Positions 1 to 7,578 of a stretch of DNA of 17,571 bases are shown one piece after another. The stretch is from Pseudomonadota bacterium (lineage in GTDB: Bacteria; Bdellovibrionota_B; Oligoflexia; Oligoflexales; CAIMVM01): positions 1 to 17,571 of the forward strand of contig JBAXBA010000077.1 in the NCBI GenBank assembly GCA_037142195.1, written 5' to 3'. The notes beneath the pieces are model-generated. The model had not been told where the DNA came from and searched no databases. It worked only from the letters and a program-made list of their open reading frames with translations. Each line of letters begins with the position of its first letter. Position 1 is the first letter of the stretch. The translations under genes were made by a program, and so were the position numbers.

Positions 1-294
1 AAAAACTACGTAGGACTCACAAGATTTTTAGATCACTACTTCATCCCTATAGACAACAACCAAAGTGAGCGAGTACTGCGATCGCCCGTAATTGGAAGAA
101 AGACTTGGTACGGTACCCACTCAAAAAAAGCAGCAGAAAGCTCAGCAATCCTCTTCACAATTGTGGAATCATGCAAATTAGTAGGCATAAATCCCAGGAC
201 TTTTTTTGACGATGCCGTAAAAAGAAAACACGCCAAACAATCTTGCTTGACTCCCTTTGAATACAAAAATTTGAACCAGTTAAACACAGAATGA
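1..294 (+). CDS. tnpC: IS66-family transposase (TnpC), C-terminal part, 5'-truncated by the window edge
   Basis: Not in the ORF track because it has no start codon. Frame +1 translates KNYVGLTRFLDHYFIPIDNNQSERVLRSPVIGRKTWYGTHSKKAAESSAILFTIVESCKLVGINPRTFF...NTE* (TGA 292-294). IDNNxxERxLRxxVIGRK and ESCKLxGINP are hallmark IS66 TnpC C-terminal motifs. Confidence 0.92.
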   Translation, partial: KNYVGLTRFLDHYFIPIDNNQSERVLRSPVIGRKTWYGTHSKKAAESSAILFTIVESCKLVGINPRTFFDDAVKRKHAKQSCLTPFEYKNLNQLNTE

Positions 295-351
295 AAAACC
301 CTCTGGTTCAAAAAACTACTGAATTACGAACCTAACTCTGGCCATATTTAC
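1..351 (+). mobile_element. Right end of an IS66-family insertion sequence
   Basis: tnpC 3' end followed by a candidate terminal ...TTAC at 348-351 (IS66 elements run GTAA...TTAC). An alternative TTAC lies at 324-327. The left IR is outside the window, so the exact end is unconfirmed. Confidence 0.6.
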
Positions 352-576
352 CCAGCATAGAAATCAGTGGCTTAAGCCACTTGGTAACCTGCATTTTCAA
401 AGGAGGTTAAATGAACGCGCATTGGACGACGGGGTAGAAGGACGATGTACATCGCAACAGCATCGCGATTTCGAAGCCTGGCGTATGTGCCTGGAAACGT
501 TAAAGAAAATACAAATTATTCCGATAAGTTATTAATTTAATGGAGGGGCCATTCAGCCTCGCTCCATAGCCAATTC

Positions 577-768
577 ATCTAGTGCTACTTTTCTCTAAAT
601 TCTCAGAGGATTCCCCAAAACCAGCACTGAAATATCAGCCCTAACAAGGACTTTACATTTTACTTTGTCTTTTTAGCGTGTTACTGTTCGCCGGTTCGGA
701 TTCGGACGGCGCCTCCATCTACCTGAAATTATCGGTATTTTTTAAATTTGACTCTTAAATGTGATTGT
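577..768 (+). repeat. Copy 1 of a ~190-bp diverged direct repeat containing a tRNA-Cys-like 3' end (att-like junction)
   Basis: Shares co-linear blocks with 1888-2084 at an offset of about 1311-1316: ATCTAGTGCTA, TCAGC, AGGACTTT.CA.TTTAC, GCCGGTTCG, CGCCTCCATC.AC.TGAAAT.AT, TTGA.TCT.AAAT.TGA.T.T. Confidence 0.8.
690..717 (+). other. tRNA-Cys-like 3' fragment (T-arm, acceptor 3' strand, U73-CCA); att core relic, not a complete tRNA
   Basis: GCCGG-TTCGGAT-TCGGA-CGGCGCC-T-CCA gives a degenerate 5-bp T stem, 7-nt loop, 7-nt acceptor strand ending GCC, discriminator U and CCA. This is the geometry of bacterial tRNA-Cys. No D or anticodon arm is recognisable upstream. Confidence 0.72.
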
Positions 769-905
769 ACCCACAAAAACATGAGAATAAATTTTGAGAA
801 AAAGAATGAAGATTAGGTCTACCCATTTAGATTGAGTGCGACACCTAGATTTTCTTCCCGTGATTCGCTAAAATCTTACTGCCCTTTCGGTTACTTGCAA
901 GCTAC

Positions 906-941
906 AGACCCTCCTAACCAAACCGATTAGTAAGGGTGGTC
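906..941 (-). terminator. Imperfect hairpin just downstream of the 952..1620 gene; possible terminator
   Basis: AGACCCTCCTAACC...GATTAGTAAGGGTGGTCT imperfect inverted repeat about 10 bp after the stop codon; no strong U-tract. Confidence 0.35.
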
Positions 942-951
942 TATTTTCTAT

Positions 952-1620
952 TCAGTTATTTTTTTTGTTCGCTCGCTCCTCTATTAACCTATTCCCTTTT
1001 TCAATTAAGGCTTTAAGTTCTGTGCCATTTAAATCACTGCACTCTCGCCTAGTATTACCAGATTTTGCTAGCATCGTTTTAACTCTGGTATAGTCAGCAG
1101 ATGGAAGTGGTTTAGGAGTGGAACTCAAAGCTATGTCCCAGGCATCATCCAACGTGTCAATTTTATTTGAAACTGAAACGGCTACTCCGGTACCAACTCC
1201 ACCGCCAAGAGCAATACCACAAACCAATGGAGATGCAGGTGGTATGAAGAAGCTAGCAAAACAAAATCCACCCCCAACCCACAGTGCGCTAACCGCTGCC
1301 CTCCCCCCAGTAGCATTGATATTTTTCTGATTATCACTTGCAGCAAAGCTAAACTTCATTGTGTTTATCGACTTGAAATTCATCTTTTCAAGAGAATCGT
1401 CAGAAGATACAAAAGCATTCGAAGGATATTCATAAGCGCAAACATCAAATTCAGACCCACCGGTGTCTTTGGAGGTCAGAACTACGCCGGCAATCGTTTT
1501 TCCCATGTTTGTATAGGAGGCTGTTTCCGACTCGTTAGTTGCATTCGTCCCCGATTTGCAGGCGCTTAGAAAAACAGATTCCAATAGAAGAGCACCCATA
1601 ATCCAGATTTTCATAGACAT
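952..1620 (-). CDS. Hypothetical lipoprotein with an internal Gly/Ala-rich hydrophobic hairpin
   Basis: 222-aa ORF with signal peptide and lipobox LSAC. Central GGRAAVSALWVGGGFCFASFFIPPASPLVCGIALGGGVGTGVAVSV segment is glycine-zipper-like. Confidence 0.8.
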   Translation of the reverse strand: MSMKIWIMGALLLESVFLSACKSGTNATNESETASYTNMGKTIAGVVLTSKDTGGSEFDVCAYEYPSNAFVSSDDSLEKMNFKSINTMKFSFAASDNQKNINATGGRAAVSALWVGGGFCFASFFIPPASPLVCGIALGGGVGTGVAVSVSNKIDTLDDAWDIALSSTPKPLPSADYTRVKTMLAKSGNTRRECSDLNGTELKALIEKGNRLIEERANKKNN

Positions 1621-1887
1621 TACCTAACAAAAAAAAATTTGTTGTGAATATTTTAGCGAGGCTATTTTTCAAAGTCAATTGAATCAATTCTGCGAGCAAT
1701 CCTTTTAGCTTCTAGGCTTAGTTACGCAAAAAGGGTAGGTCTCCAAAGCCTCCACTTTTACCAACCCTAAGTACCCCCCCCTCCAGCAATAGCGCCAAGT
1801 ATTAACGATTTGGAGCATATGAGTTTGTGTTTTAGGTCGTTATTTGTCGTCTGGAAAAGGCATCTGGGTGTCCCTGTCGTGCAAAAA

Positions 1888-2084
1888 ATCTAGTGCTATA
1901 TTGGAGTAGAAGCTATTCAGCTATCTACCTCAAAAGCTTGTCTAACATTCAGCTGTACTAGGACTTTTCACTTTACGTGGCTTTTTTATCGGATTATATT
2001 CAGCCGGTTCGATTCCGGTTGACGCCTCCATCCACATGAAATCATTGTAGTTTTTGGTTTGAATTGAGTCTGAAATTTGACTAT
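1888..2084 (+). repeat. Copy 2 of the ~190-bp diverged direct repeat containing a tRNA-Cys-like 3' end
   Basis: Co-linear with 577-768, roughly 65-70% identical by manual alignment. Confidence 0.8.
2003..2030 (+). other. tRNA-Cys-like 3' fragment (att core relic)
   Basis: GCCGG-TTCGATT-CCGGT-TGACGCC-T-CCA: fully pairable T stem (one G-U), canonical TTCGA loop, acceptor strand ending GCC, then U73-CCA. Confidence 0.78.
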
Positions 2085-2114
2085 TTCAACTTTGAATTTT
2101 TTTCGTCAAGTTGC

Positions 2115-3581
2115 CTGCGAGTACCCCAAAATCGGAAACAGCCTGTGCCACAAGGGTTTGAATTCATAAACCTATCTCCCCCGGGAAAAGGCATGGCTGA
2201 AAATATCTTTTAATTTTTCTGTTGTGATAGATGGTTTCAACTGCAGCCAAGAGCAGTTTGAGATGTTTTGTCAGAAGTGCAGAGCAAGCATCCGAGCTTC
2301 TATATAGCCAGTTGTAGAGTTCGTCTGGAGCTCTTTTAAGCCTTAGAGCTGTTCTGCAAAACAGTCGTTGCCAACCTGAATGCCTAGACATTCTAGCGAT
2401 AAGCGAAGCTGTTAGAAAGGAAGCTCGAACTAAGTTTCTTAGTTTGCCAAAGGAAAAAAGCCTCATCTCTTCAAGTCCGCAGGCGGCTTTGAGGAACCTG
2501 TAGGTTTCTTCAACTGACCACCTGGAGAGATAGTTAATGACGATATCGAGGGCCTGATCTGAGTTTAAGACTGGCACGGATGTAAGAAGTTCTATGGGGC
2601 GCATAGCGCTCTCTGACCAAGCAGTCACGAGGTAGCACTCGTGGTTTAAGTTCTCTTTTTTAAAGCTTGATACAGACACTTTTTCAAAGTCATATCGAAG
2701 ATTCATAGCCTTCCTTATTACGATCATGGGGATCAGATACCCTTTGAATGCTCGCAGAGTATTCAAGGTCCTTCCTTTCAAGCTGCCTTCGTTTGCCCAT
2801 GGGAATGACAGCGCCATCTTCACCAATGAGATGTCGATCTTTTAGACGAATCACAAAGTTTTGCTTTAGCTCGAAATAGTGCCTCAACAAAAAACCCCGA
2901 TCTCCGCCGCGATCAATAACATGGATGCCTTTCCCTTTTGTACGTGCGTGGATTTCCGAGATGAAGTCTTTGATTACTGTGTTTTCGCTTACAAAGTCCC
3001 CAGATTTGCTGCTGTATAACTCAAGAACTAACGGTTGGGGAGTTTTGTCTAGCCGCTTAGGATTCACGGCTGCGGCCCCTAGAAGACTATAGCCAGGCTT
3101 TATTCTATGATCATCTGAGCCATCGGCGACTTTGGCAAGACACTCTAGAGTTTTGGAATGGGGTTTGGTGATCTCGCCGGGATCGATAGCAATCACAGTA
3201 TCGTCTGAAATCTCTTCAAAAGCTCGACGTTGCTGTTCCTCGTAAGCTACAGTAAAATCAACCTCTCCAAGCCGGCGGTTGATGCGCTTATAGTTGGCCT
3301 TAAAATCCTCATTGTCGGCAGACAAGGAACGAACAATATTCGTCAGGATAGTTGACTTAGAAATCATCATACCTGCTATAAATTCTCTCACGAACTTCTT
3401 TGCAGGACGGTCATAAAATTTAGTCGGAAGAGAATTTACAAAGCAGTTTAATCTATCTACAATACCCGTTTATTTCATGAGGGGGAGCCCTTTCATATTT
3501 TGCGTGAGATACAAACATGATAGGACTTACTCCTCAGAAATCAACCACTTATGTCAAGTCAAAATTTTGGGGTATTCCCAG
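2115..3581 (-). mobile_element. IS4-family insertion sequence (IS10-like ends), 1467 bp, with 9-bp target-site duplication
   Basis: IRs are CTGCGAGTACCCCAAAAT (2115-2132) and the reverse complement of 3564-3581, CTGGGAATACCCCAAAAT (16/18 identical). Direct repeat TCAAGTTGC at 2106-2114 and 3582-3590. DDE transposase inside. Confidence 0.93.
2164..3478 (-). pseudogene. IS4-family DDE transposase, inactivated by a nonsense codon at position 3 and an internal frameshift
   Basis: ATG at 3478 reads MK*TGIVDRLNCFVNSLPTKFYDRPAKKF in frame into ORF 2690..3391 (IAIDPGE, VIDRGGD). A frameshift near 2710-2720 leads into ORF 2164..2826, which carries the IS4 YREK signature YLSRWSVEETYRFLK. Confidence 0.88.
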
Positions 3582-3909
3582 TCAAGTTGCGCATTGATAT
3601 AGATTTATTGAGCTTCGGCAATCGAGGCTTGGTCGGCTTTTACTAAGAGCGGTTCAATTTTTTCTGATAATGCGTCATACATTGCTTCCGATATACCTTC
3701 GTCAACCTGCTTTTCAAAAAATTAAGTCTAATTCTTTGGAAATTTCAGGGATTAAGGCACTATCAATAGTTAGCTTATTTGAGGTTTTGCTCAAATTAGA
3801 GTACACAAATTTATAGTGCGCATTGAGCTCTCCATCACAAATATATTGCCGAGTTAATAGGCCGTAAAAACCTCCTGAAGATATATAAAACGGGTTGCAA
3901 ATTTTTCTA

Positions 3910-4185
3910 ACAGAAGCACCGCCATTGAGTCCAATAACGCTACCTATTTTAGACTGTTTTTTTCGCAGAAAATCACGCCCGCGGTACCTTCCATACCCGT
4001 TGCCTTGGCAGCTGTTTTAGCAGCTTTGTAATTTCGTCCATCGAACCTCTATATTTGTACTCTTCTTTGGAAATATAAGCTCGCTTCATGTGGGTATCTT
4101 GACAATAGCTATGGGATTGAGACTTTGCATTTCTATAGCCGTCATTCTCTATCTCTGTTGCATCTGCATTGTAGGTCGAAATCTT
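3910..4185 (-). pseudogene. Frameshifted, truncated paralog of the lipoprotein gene at 8589..9008
   Basis: Reads DGYRNAKSQSHSYCQDTHMKRAYISKEEYKYRGSMDE / AAKTAAKATGMEGTAG / KQSKIGSVIGLNGG, versus DGYRNAKSQADSYCDDVHKKRAYISKEENKYKGSMDE..AKTAAKVTGMVGTAG..KQSEVGGIVGLGGG in the intact gene. Positions 4037-4143 and 8773-8879 align ungapped at 89/107 nt by hand count. Confidence 0.9.
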
Positions 4186-4283
4186 CTACCAATGAGGTCG
4201 TTTCTGAAGTTGGCAAAGAAAGACTATACATTTGAGGTGAATACGAAGTTGGATTCCGTGTAAGCGCACGGCGACAGTCTGCT

Positions 4284-5735
4284 TCAATATCGTTTCAGAA
4301 GTTCAGGCAACCAATCGGCAAGATAGAGCGGAAAATTTCGAAGGCTGTATTTTGCATTTCTTAATTTACCGCCTGCAATCGGAACATTGATGTCGATATC
4401 CTGGACTGAAGGTGCATTGAGATCAAAACGCACACCCATCGTGAGACCTTTTTCAGCCATGAACGAATGAAGTGAACGGAGAGTGCCACTTGCACCCGCC
4501 TTAACTTCAATTGGAATGATGCGCGTGCCATATTGAAGAACGTAATCAAGCTCAGCCGCCGCGCCCTTTGACTCGCGTAACCAAAAATGAAGATGATCGT
4601 TGGACTGCAGCGGGTGCTGTAACGATTGTCCAACAAGAATCTCGGCGATTTGTCCAAGCCATCGCTGCTCAAAAACATTCCCCTGAGTCCATTTATTAAA
4701 GAGGTCCGTGTATGGTCGTTCGGCGCGTTGGCTTCCAAAAGATTGCGACACAAATAGGCCGACATCGATCGGAAGAACTTTAAAACAATTTGTATCTTTG
4801 CTTGCAGAAAGCGGGATGCCGTTAGCGTTCGTCGCAAAAACCATACGCAAAACACCTGCTTTTTCAAGGGCGCGTAGTGCATTTTTAAGTGAATCCGAAC
4901 GTATTTCTCTGCTGATGTTGGAGTACTTCACTTTGCTTGTTGCAGCCAAGGTAGGCATCGCATCCAGCACAGCATGAAGGCTTTCCACTGGGATTCGGCC
5001 CCGGTATTTGTAAAAATCGTTACGGTAGCTCAACAAGATATCGGAATGCGCTTCAGCCACTGAAGCCGCCATGGAGTCCCAAGACTCATTCGTAACAGCC
5101 TGACGCATAGCTTCTGGCATGCCGCCAATGTAAACGTAGCGAGCAAGTTCGGAAAGAAGGTTGTCATGTGCCTCCGGATGAATTTTTGAATCTTTTTCTT
5201 CTACAAAATCTTGAATAGCACTTAAAAGAACTTCAGCATGGCGAGCCTTCAAGTAGTCACGAAATGAAATTGGAGGAATCCACCGAAAAGTGACTCGTCC
5301 TACAGGCATCGACTGCTGGAATTCCGACAATGAAAATTCGAGGAGCGATCCCGCCGCGACCACGGGAATCTCCGGATGCTTTTCGTAAAAATATCGAAGT
5401 GAAGCAAACGCCGAATCGCTAGCCTGTACTTCATCCAAAAACAGAAGCGTTCCCGCATCGAGCCTGACGCCTAGGGCCTGCTGCAGGCGAGTTACCATTT
5501 TATCGGGCTCCCCCGCGGAAAAAATGTTAGACAAGCTGGGCTGAAATTCAAAGTTGACTTCCGCAAGTTTGAGGCCTTGCGTGTGAGCGAGGCGTCTTAC
5601 GAGAGCCGACTTCCCAACCTGCCTGGCTCCCCGCAAAACCATAGGTTTACGCTTTGGCGAGGTAAGCCACTGCACCAAGACCGACAACTCCTCGCGATCA
5701 ATGAACAAATCAGTCTGATTCCAACTCCTCGCCAT
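4284..5735 (-). CDS. AAA_14-type ATPase with C-terminal DUF4143 (PD-(D/E)xK-like) domain
   Basis: Walker A LRGARQVGKS, Walker B LFLDEVQ, family motifs VVAAGSLL, PVGRV and YIGGMPE, and C-terminal ELDYV...IIPIEVKAG. Confidence 0.92.
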   Translation of the reverse strand: MARSWNQTDLFIDREELSVLVQWLTSPKRKPMVLRGARQVGKSALVRRLAHTQGLKLAEVNFEFQPSLSNIFSAGEPDKMVTRLQQALGVRLDAGTLLFLDEVQASDSAFASLRYFYEKHPEIPVVAAGSLLEFSLSEFQQSMPVGRVTFRWIPPISFRDYLKARHAEVLLSAIQDFVEEKDSKIHPEAHDNLLSELARYVYIGGMPEAMRQAVTNESWDSMAASVAEAHSDILLSYRNDFYKYRGRIPVESLHAVLDAMPTLAATSKVKYSNISREIRSDSLKNALRALEKAGVLRMVFATNANGIPLSASKDTNCFKVLPIDVGLFVSQSFGSQRAERPYTDLFNKWTQGNVFEQRWLGQIAEILVGQSLQHPLQSNDHLHFWLRESKGAAAELDYVLQYGTRIIPIEVKAGASGTLRSLHSFMAEKGLTMGVRFDLNAPSVQDIDINVPIAGGKLRNAKYSLRNFPLYLADWLPELLKRY

Positions 5736-6092
5736 AATAACCCCGTCTATTTAACGACTTGCCTTCAGAATAGCCGGTTTGGTAAAAAAGTCAATGATGC
5801 CGTGTATTAAGAATCGAGTTACCGCTGCGTCAGCATGAAAATAGATACGCCGTTCAATGACTTCCCAGTGCGCTAATTCAGGACTCTATAAAATAATCCG
5901 GGCGAATATTTTCTCATAGCCGTGGCATTGGTATGAACACCGAACGTGGGCTAAAATTAAAGTTGCAGGAATATAGACCGGACCAAGAAAAGCAAGGTAA
6001 GTTGACCAATACTATAAGCTATTTGATGACTACTTGACTCAAAAGAAATGGATTTCTTGGATTCACACAGCAGAATATTTTTAGAGGTGACT

Positions 6093-6287
6093 ATGACAAA
6101 GGAAAATATAATTACAAATAAAGATATCGATCATAGCTTGATAAATTTAGATGTTCTTAAACAATTAGCCGAAATTCAAAAGGAACTTGCCGAACTTGGT
6201 GTGGATATTTCAGAACCGACTTTTTATGACCTTCGATCGCCTTTTGAGGATCAAAAGCTGCCGATTGCTACAAAGGCAGCGAATTAG
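6093..6287 (+). CDS. Small acidic hypothetical protein (about 64 aa)
   Basis: GAGGTG RBS just before ATG 6093 within ORF 6048..6287; helical composition; no recognised family. Confidence 0.55.
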   Translation: MTKENIITNKDIDHSLINLDVLKQLAEIQKELAELGVDISEPTFYDLRSPFEDQKLPIATKAAN

Positions 6288-6504
6288 CCTAGATTAAAAA
6301 CTCGCATAAGATCCGTTTGGCCTAGTCGGATTTAGCAAAGAGGCTAGACCTAGCGACTCACCAAAGTTTTGACTCTTCTCTGGATGATTGGGTTTCAATA
6401 GCCTGGAATTCTGGCATCATACTCCTTGAGGAAGAGTGGAGAATGCTATAATGTTAAAAATTGGTAGTTGTCCTTCACCTCGCATTCCTTCAAGGTATTT
6501 GCAG

Positions 6505-6915
6505 ATGGAACTTGGCGAAATAGCTCGTGCTTTCACAGAAATTTACGCGCCCCACGGGCGTTTTGGCCTTCTGTTTGGGTCTGTACTCGAAGAGCGTTTT
6601 GACGCTCAGAGCGATGTTGATATTGCTGTTCTTTTTTCCCGCAACCTCGCGTGGTCGCAGAGTACCCAGCTTAAACAGCAGTTGGAAGACAAGTTGCACC
6701 GCGACATCGATGTGATTGACCTTAGAACTGCAGACCCAATTATAACTTGGCAGGTGCTGCAAAATGGAAAGTTGGTATTCAGTGCCGAAATTGATGAATT
6801 TCATCAGTTCATGGCCAGGAAGATTTCAGAATACTTGGATTTTAAGCGTTCACGTGAGATCGTCGAAAAACATTTGGTAGACATACCCATCATTGGAAAA
6901 CAACATGAAAAATAG
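6505..6915 (+). CDS. mntA: Minimal nucleotidyltransferase antitoxin, MntA family (type VII TA)
   Basis: LFGSx10DVD motif (LFGSVLEERFDAQSDVDIAV), RDIDVIDL and VLQNGKLVF. Overlaps the downstream HEPN gene. Start taken at ATG 6505; the ORF track starts at GTG 6436. Confidence 0.88.
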   Translation: MELGEIARAFTEIYAPHGRFGLLFGSVLEERFDAQSDVDIAVLFSRNLAWSQSTQLKQQLEDKLHRDIDVIDLRTADPIITWQVLQNGKLVFSAEIDEFHQFMARKISEYLDFKRSREIVEKHLVDIPIIGKQHEK

Positions 6916-7318
6916 AGACGCGGTGCTCGGGAAGATTTCGAATATTCGCAATTGCTTAGCATCCATTAAGCGCGCGACTAATCTTGAGCCGGGCTCCCTC
7001 GATGACTTGATGAAGCAAGATGTATTCGTACTCAATCTCGAAAGAGCGATTCAAGCTTCTATCGATATTGCCAACCTCCTCATAGCTCAAAATGGTTGGG
7101 AACTACCTCGTAGCTATAGGCATGGCTTTCAAATCCTAGAAAGAAATCATGTACTAACGTCGGAACTTACAAGACAAATGTCGGCGATGGCTGGATTTAG
7201 AAATATTGCCGTCCATGACTACGCAAAACTTGATATCAATATTATGAAATCAATTCTCAGCAAAAACCTAGTAGATATTGAGGATTTCTGCGCAGCTGTT
7301 CATCTTGCCATCCAATAG
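6905..7318 (+). CDS. hepT: HepT/DUF86 HEPN ribonuclease toxin
   Basis: HEPN RxxxxHxY motif GFRNIAVHDY and LNLERAIQASIDIA. ATG 6905 overlaps the end of mntA. Confidence 0.9.
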   Translation: MKNRDAVLGKISNIRNCLASIKRATNLEPGSLDDLMKQDVFVLNLERAIQASIDIANLLIAQNGWELPRSYRHGFQILERNHVLTSELTRQMSAMAGFRNIAVHDYAKLDINIMKSILSKNLVDIEDFCAAVHLAIQ

Positions 7319-7383
7319 ACCTTTACTTGGCTAGGGAAGTCCGTGTCCCACTCAATACCGACAGTTACTCCGCTACATGAAAC

Positions 7384-7578
7384 TTATGTACAAAGTTCTT
7401 CTTTGAGGCGCTCAGGATGATGCGTGTACTTCACAAATTCTTCTGAATTTAGAAGATCTATCCAAATCGAGTCCTTGAAGAAATGATGCAAGAGGGTGGA
7501 CTTTCCAGATTGCCTAGGGCCCCATAAGAAAAACGACTTATTTATATTTTTATCTAATAATATCAGTCTTTTGATCAT
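7384..7578 (-). pseudogene. Truncated AAA_14 (DUF4143-associated) ATPase, N-terminal fragment only
   Basis: MIKR...KSFFLWGPRQSGKSTLL...WIDLL is the family N-terminus with Walker A. It stops after 64 aa, before Walker B. Confidence 0.8.

Larger units (their letters stand above)
2081..3905 (-). pseudogene. Degraded hypothetical gene, interrupted near its 3' end by the IS4 element (host segments ~3582-3905 and 2081-2114)
   Basis: Minus strand reads ICNPFYISSGGFYGLLTRQYICDGELNAHYKFVYSNLSKTSNKLTIDSALIPEISKELDLIF, frameshift in a poly-T run near 3716, then EKQVDEGISEAMYDALSEKIEPLLVKADQASIAEAQ*IYINAQL. With the IS and one TSD removed it continues in frame DEKNSKLK* (TAG 2081-2083). Confidence 0.5.

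Noticed and set aside
36..311. Minus-strand 91-aa ORF
   Set aside because: Antisense shadow of the IS66 transposase on the + strand.
411..437. Gene following the strong RBS AAGGAGGT
   Set aside because: Only 8 codons; the surrounding frame has several stops and no recognisable family.
604..620. CAGAGGATTCCCCAAAA as a stray IS10-like IR
   Set aside because: About 13/17 match in low-complexity sequence, with no partner IR or TSD; it lies inside the 190-bp repeat.
690..2030. The GGTTCG...CGCCTCCA motifs as tmRNA (ssrA) 3' ends or as complete tRNA genes
   Set aside because: For tmRNA the spacing between T-stem and CGCCTCCA is 3 nt too long in both copies, whereas it fits tRNA-Cys (7-nt strand + U + CCA) exactly. 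No D or anticodon arm is present, so these are not full tRNAs.
2164..3391. Two separate genes, or a programmed-frameshift transposase
   Set aside because: They are two halves of one IS4 DDE domain. IS4 transposases are normally single ORFs, no obvious slippery heptamer sits at the junction, and a nonsense codon is also present.
4361..5810. ORFs 4361..4882, 4708..4977 and 5577..5810
   Set aside because: Alternative-frame or antisense overlaps of the well-supported ATPase.
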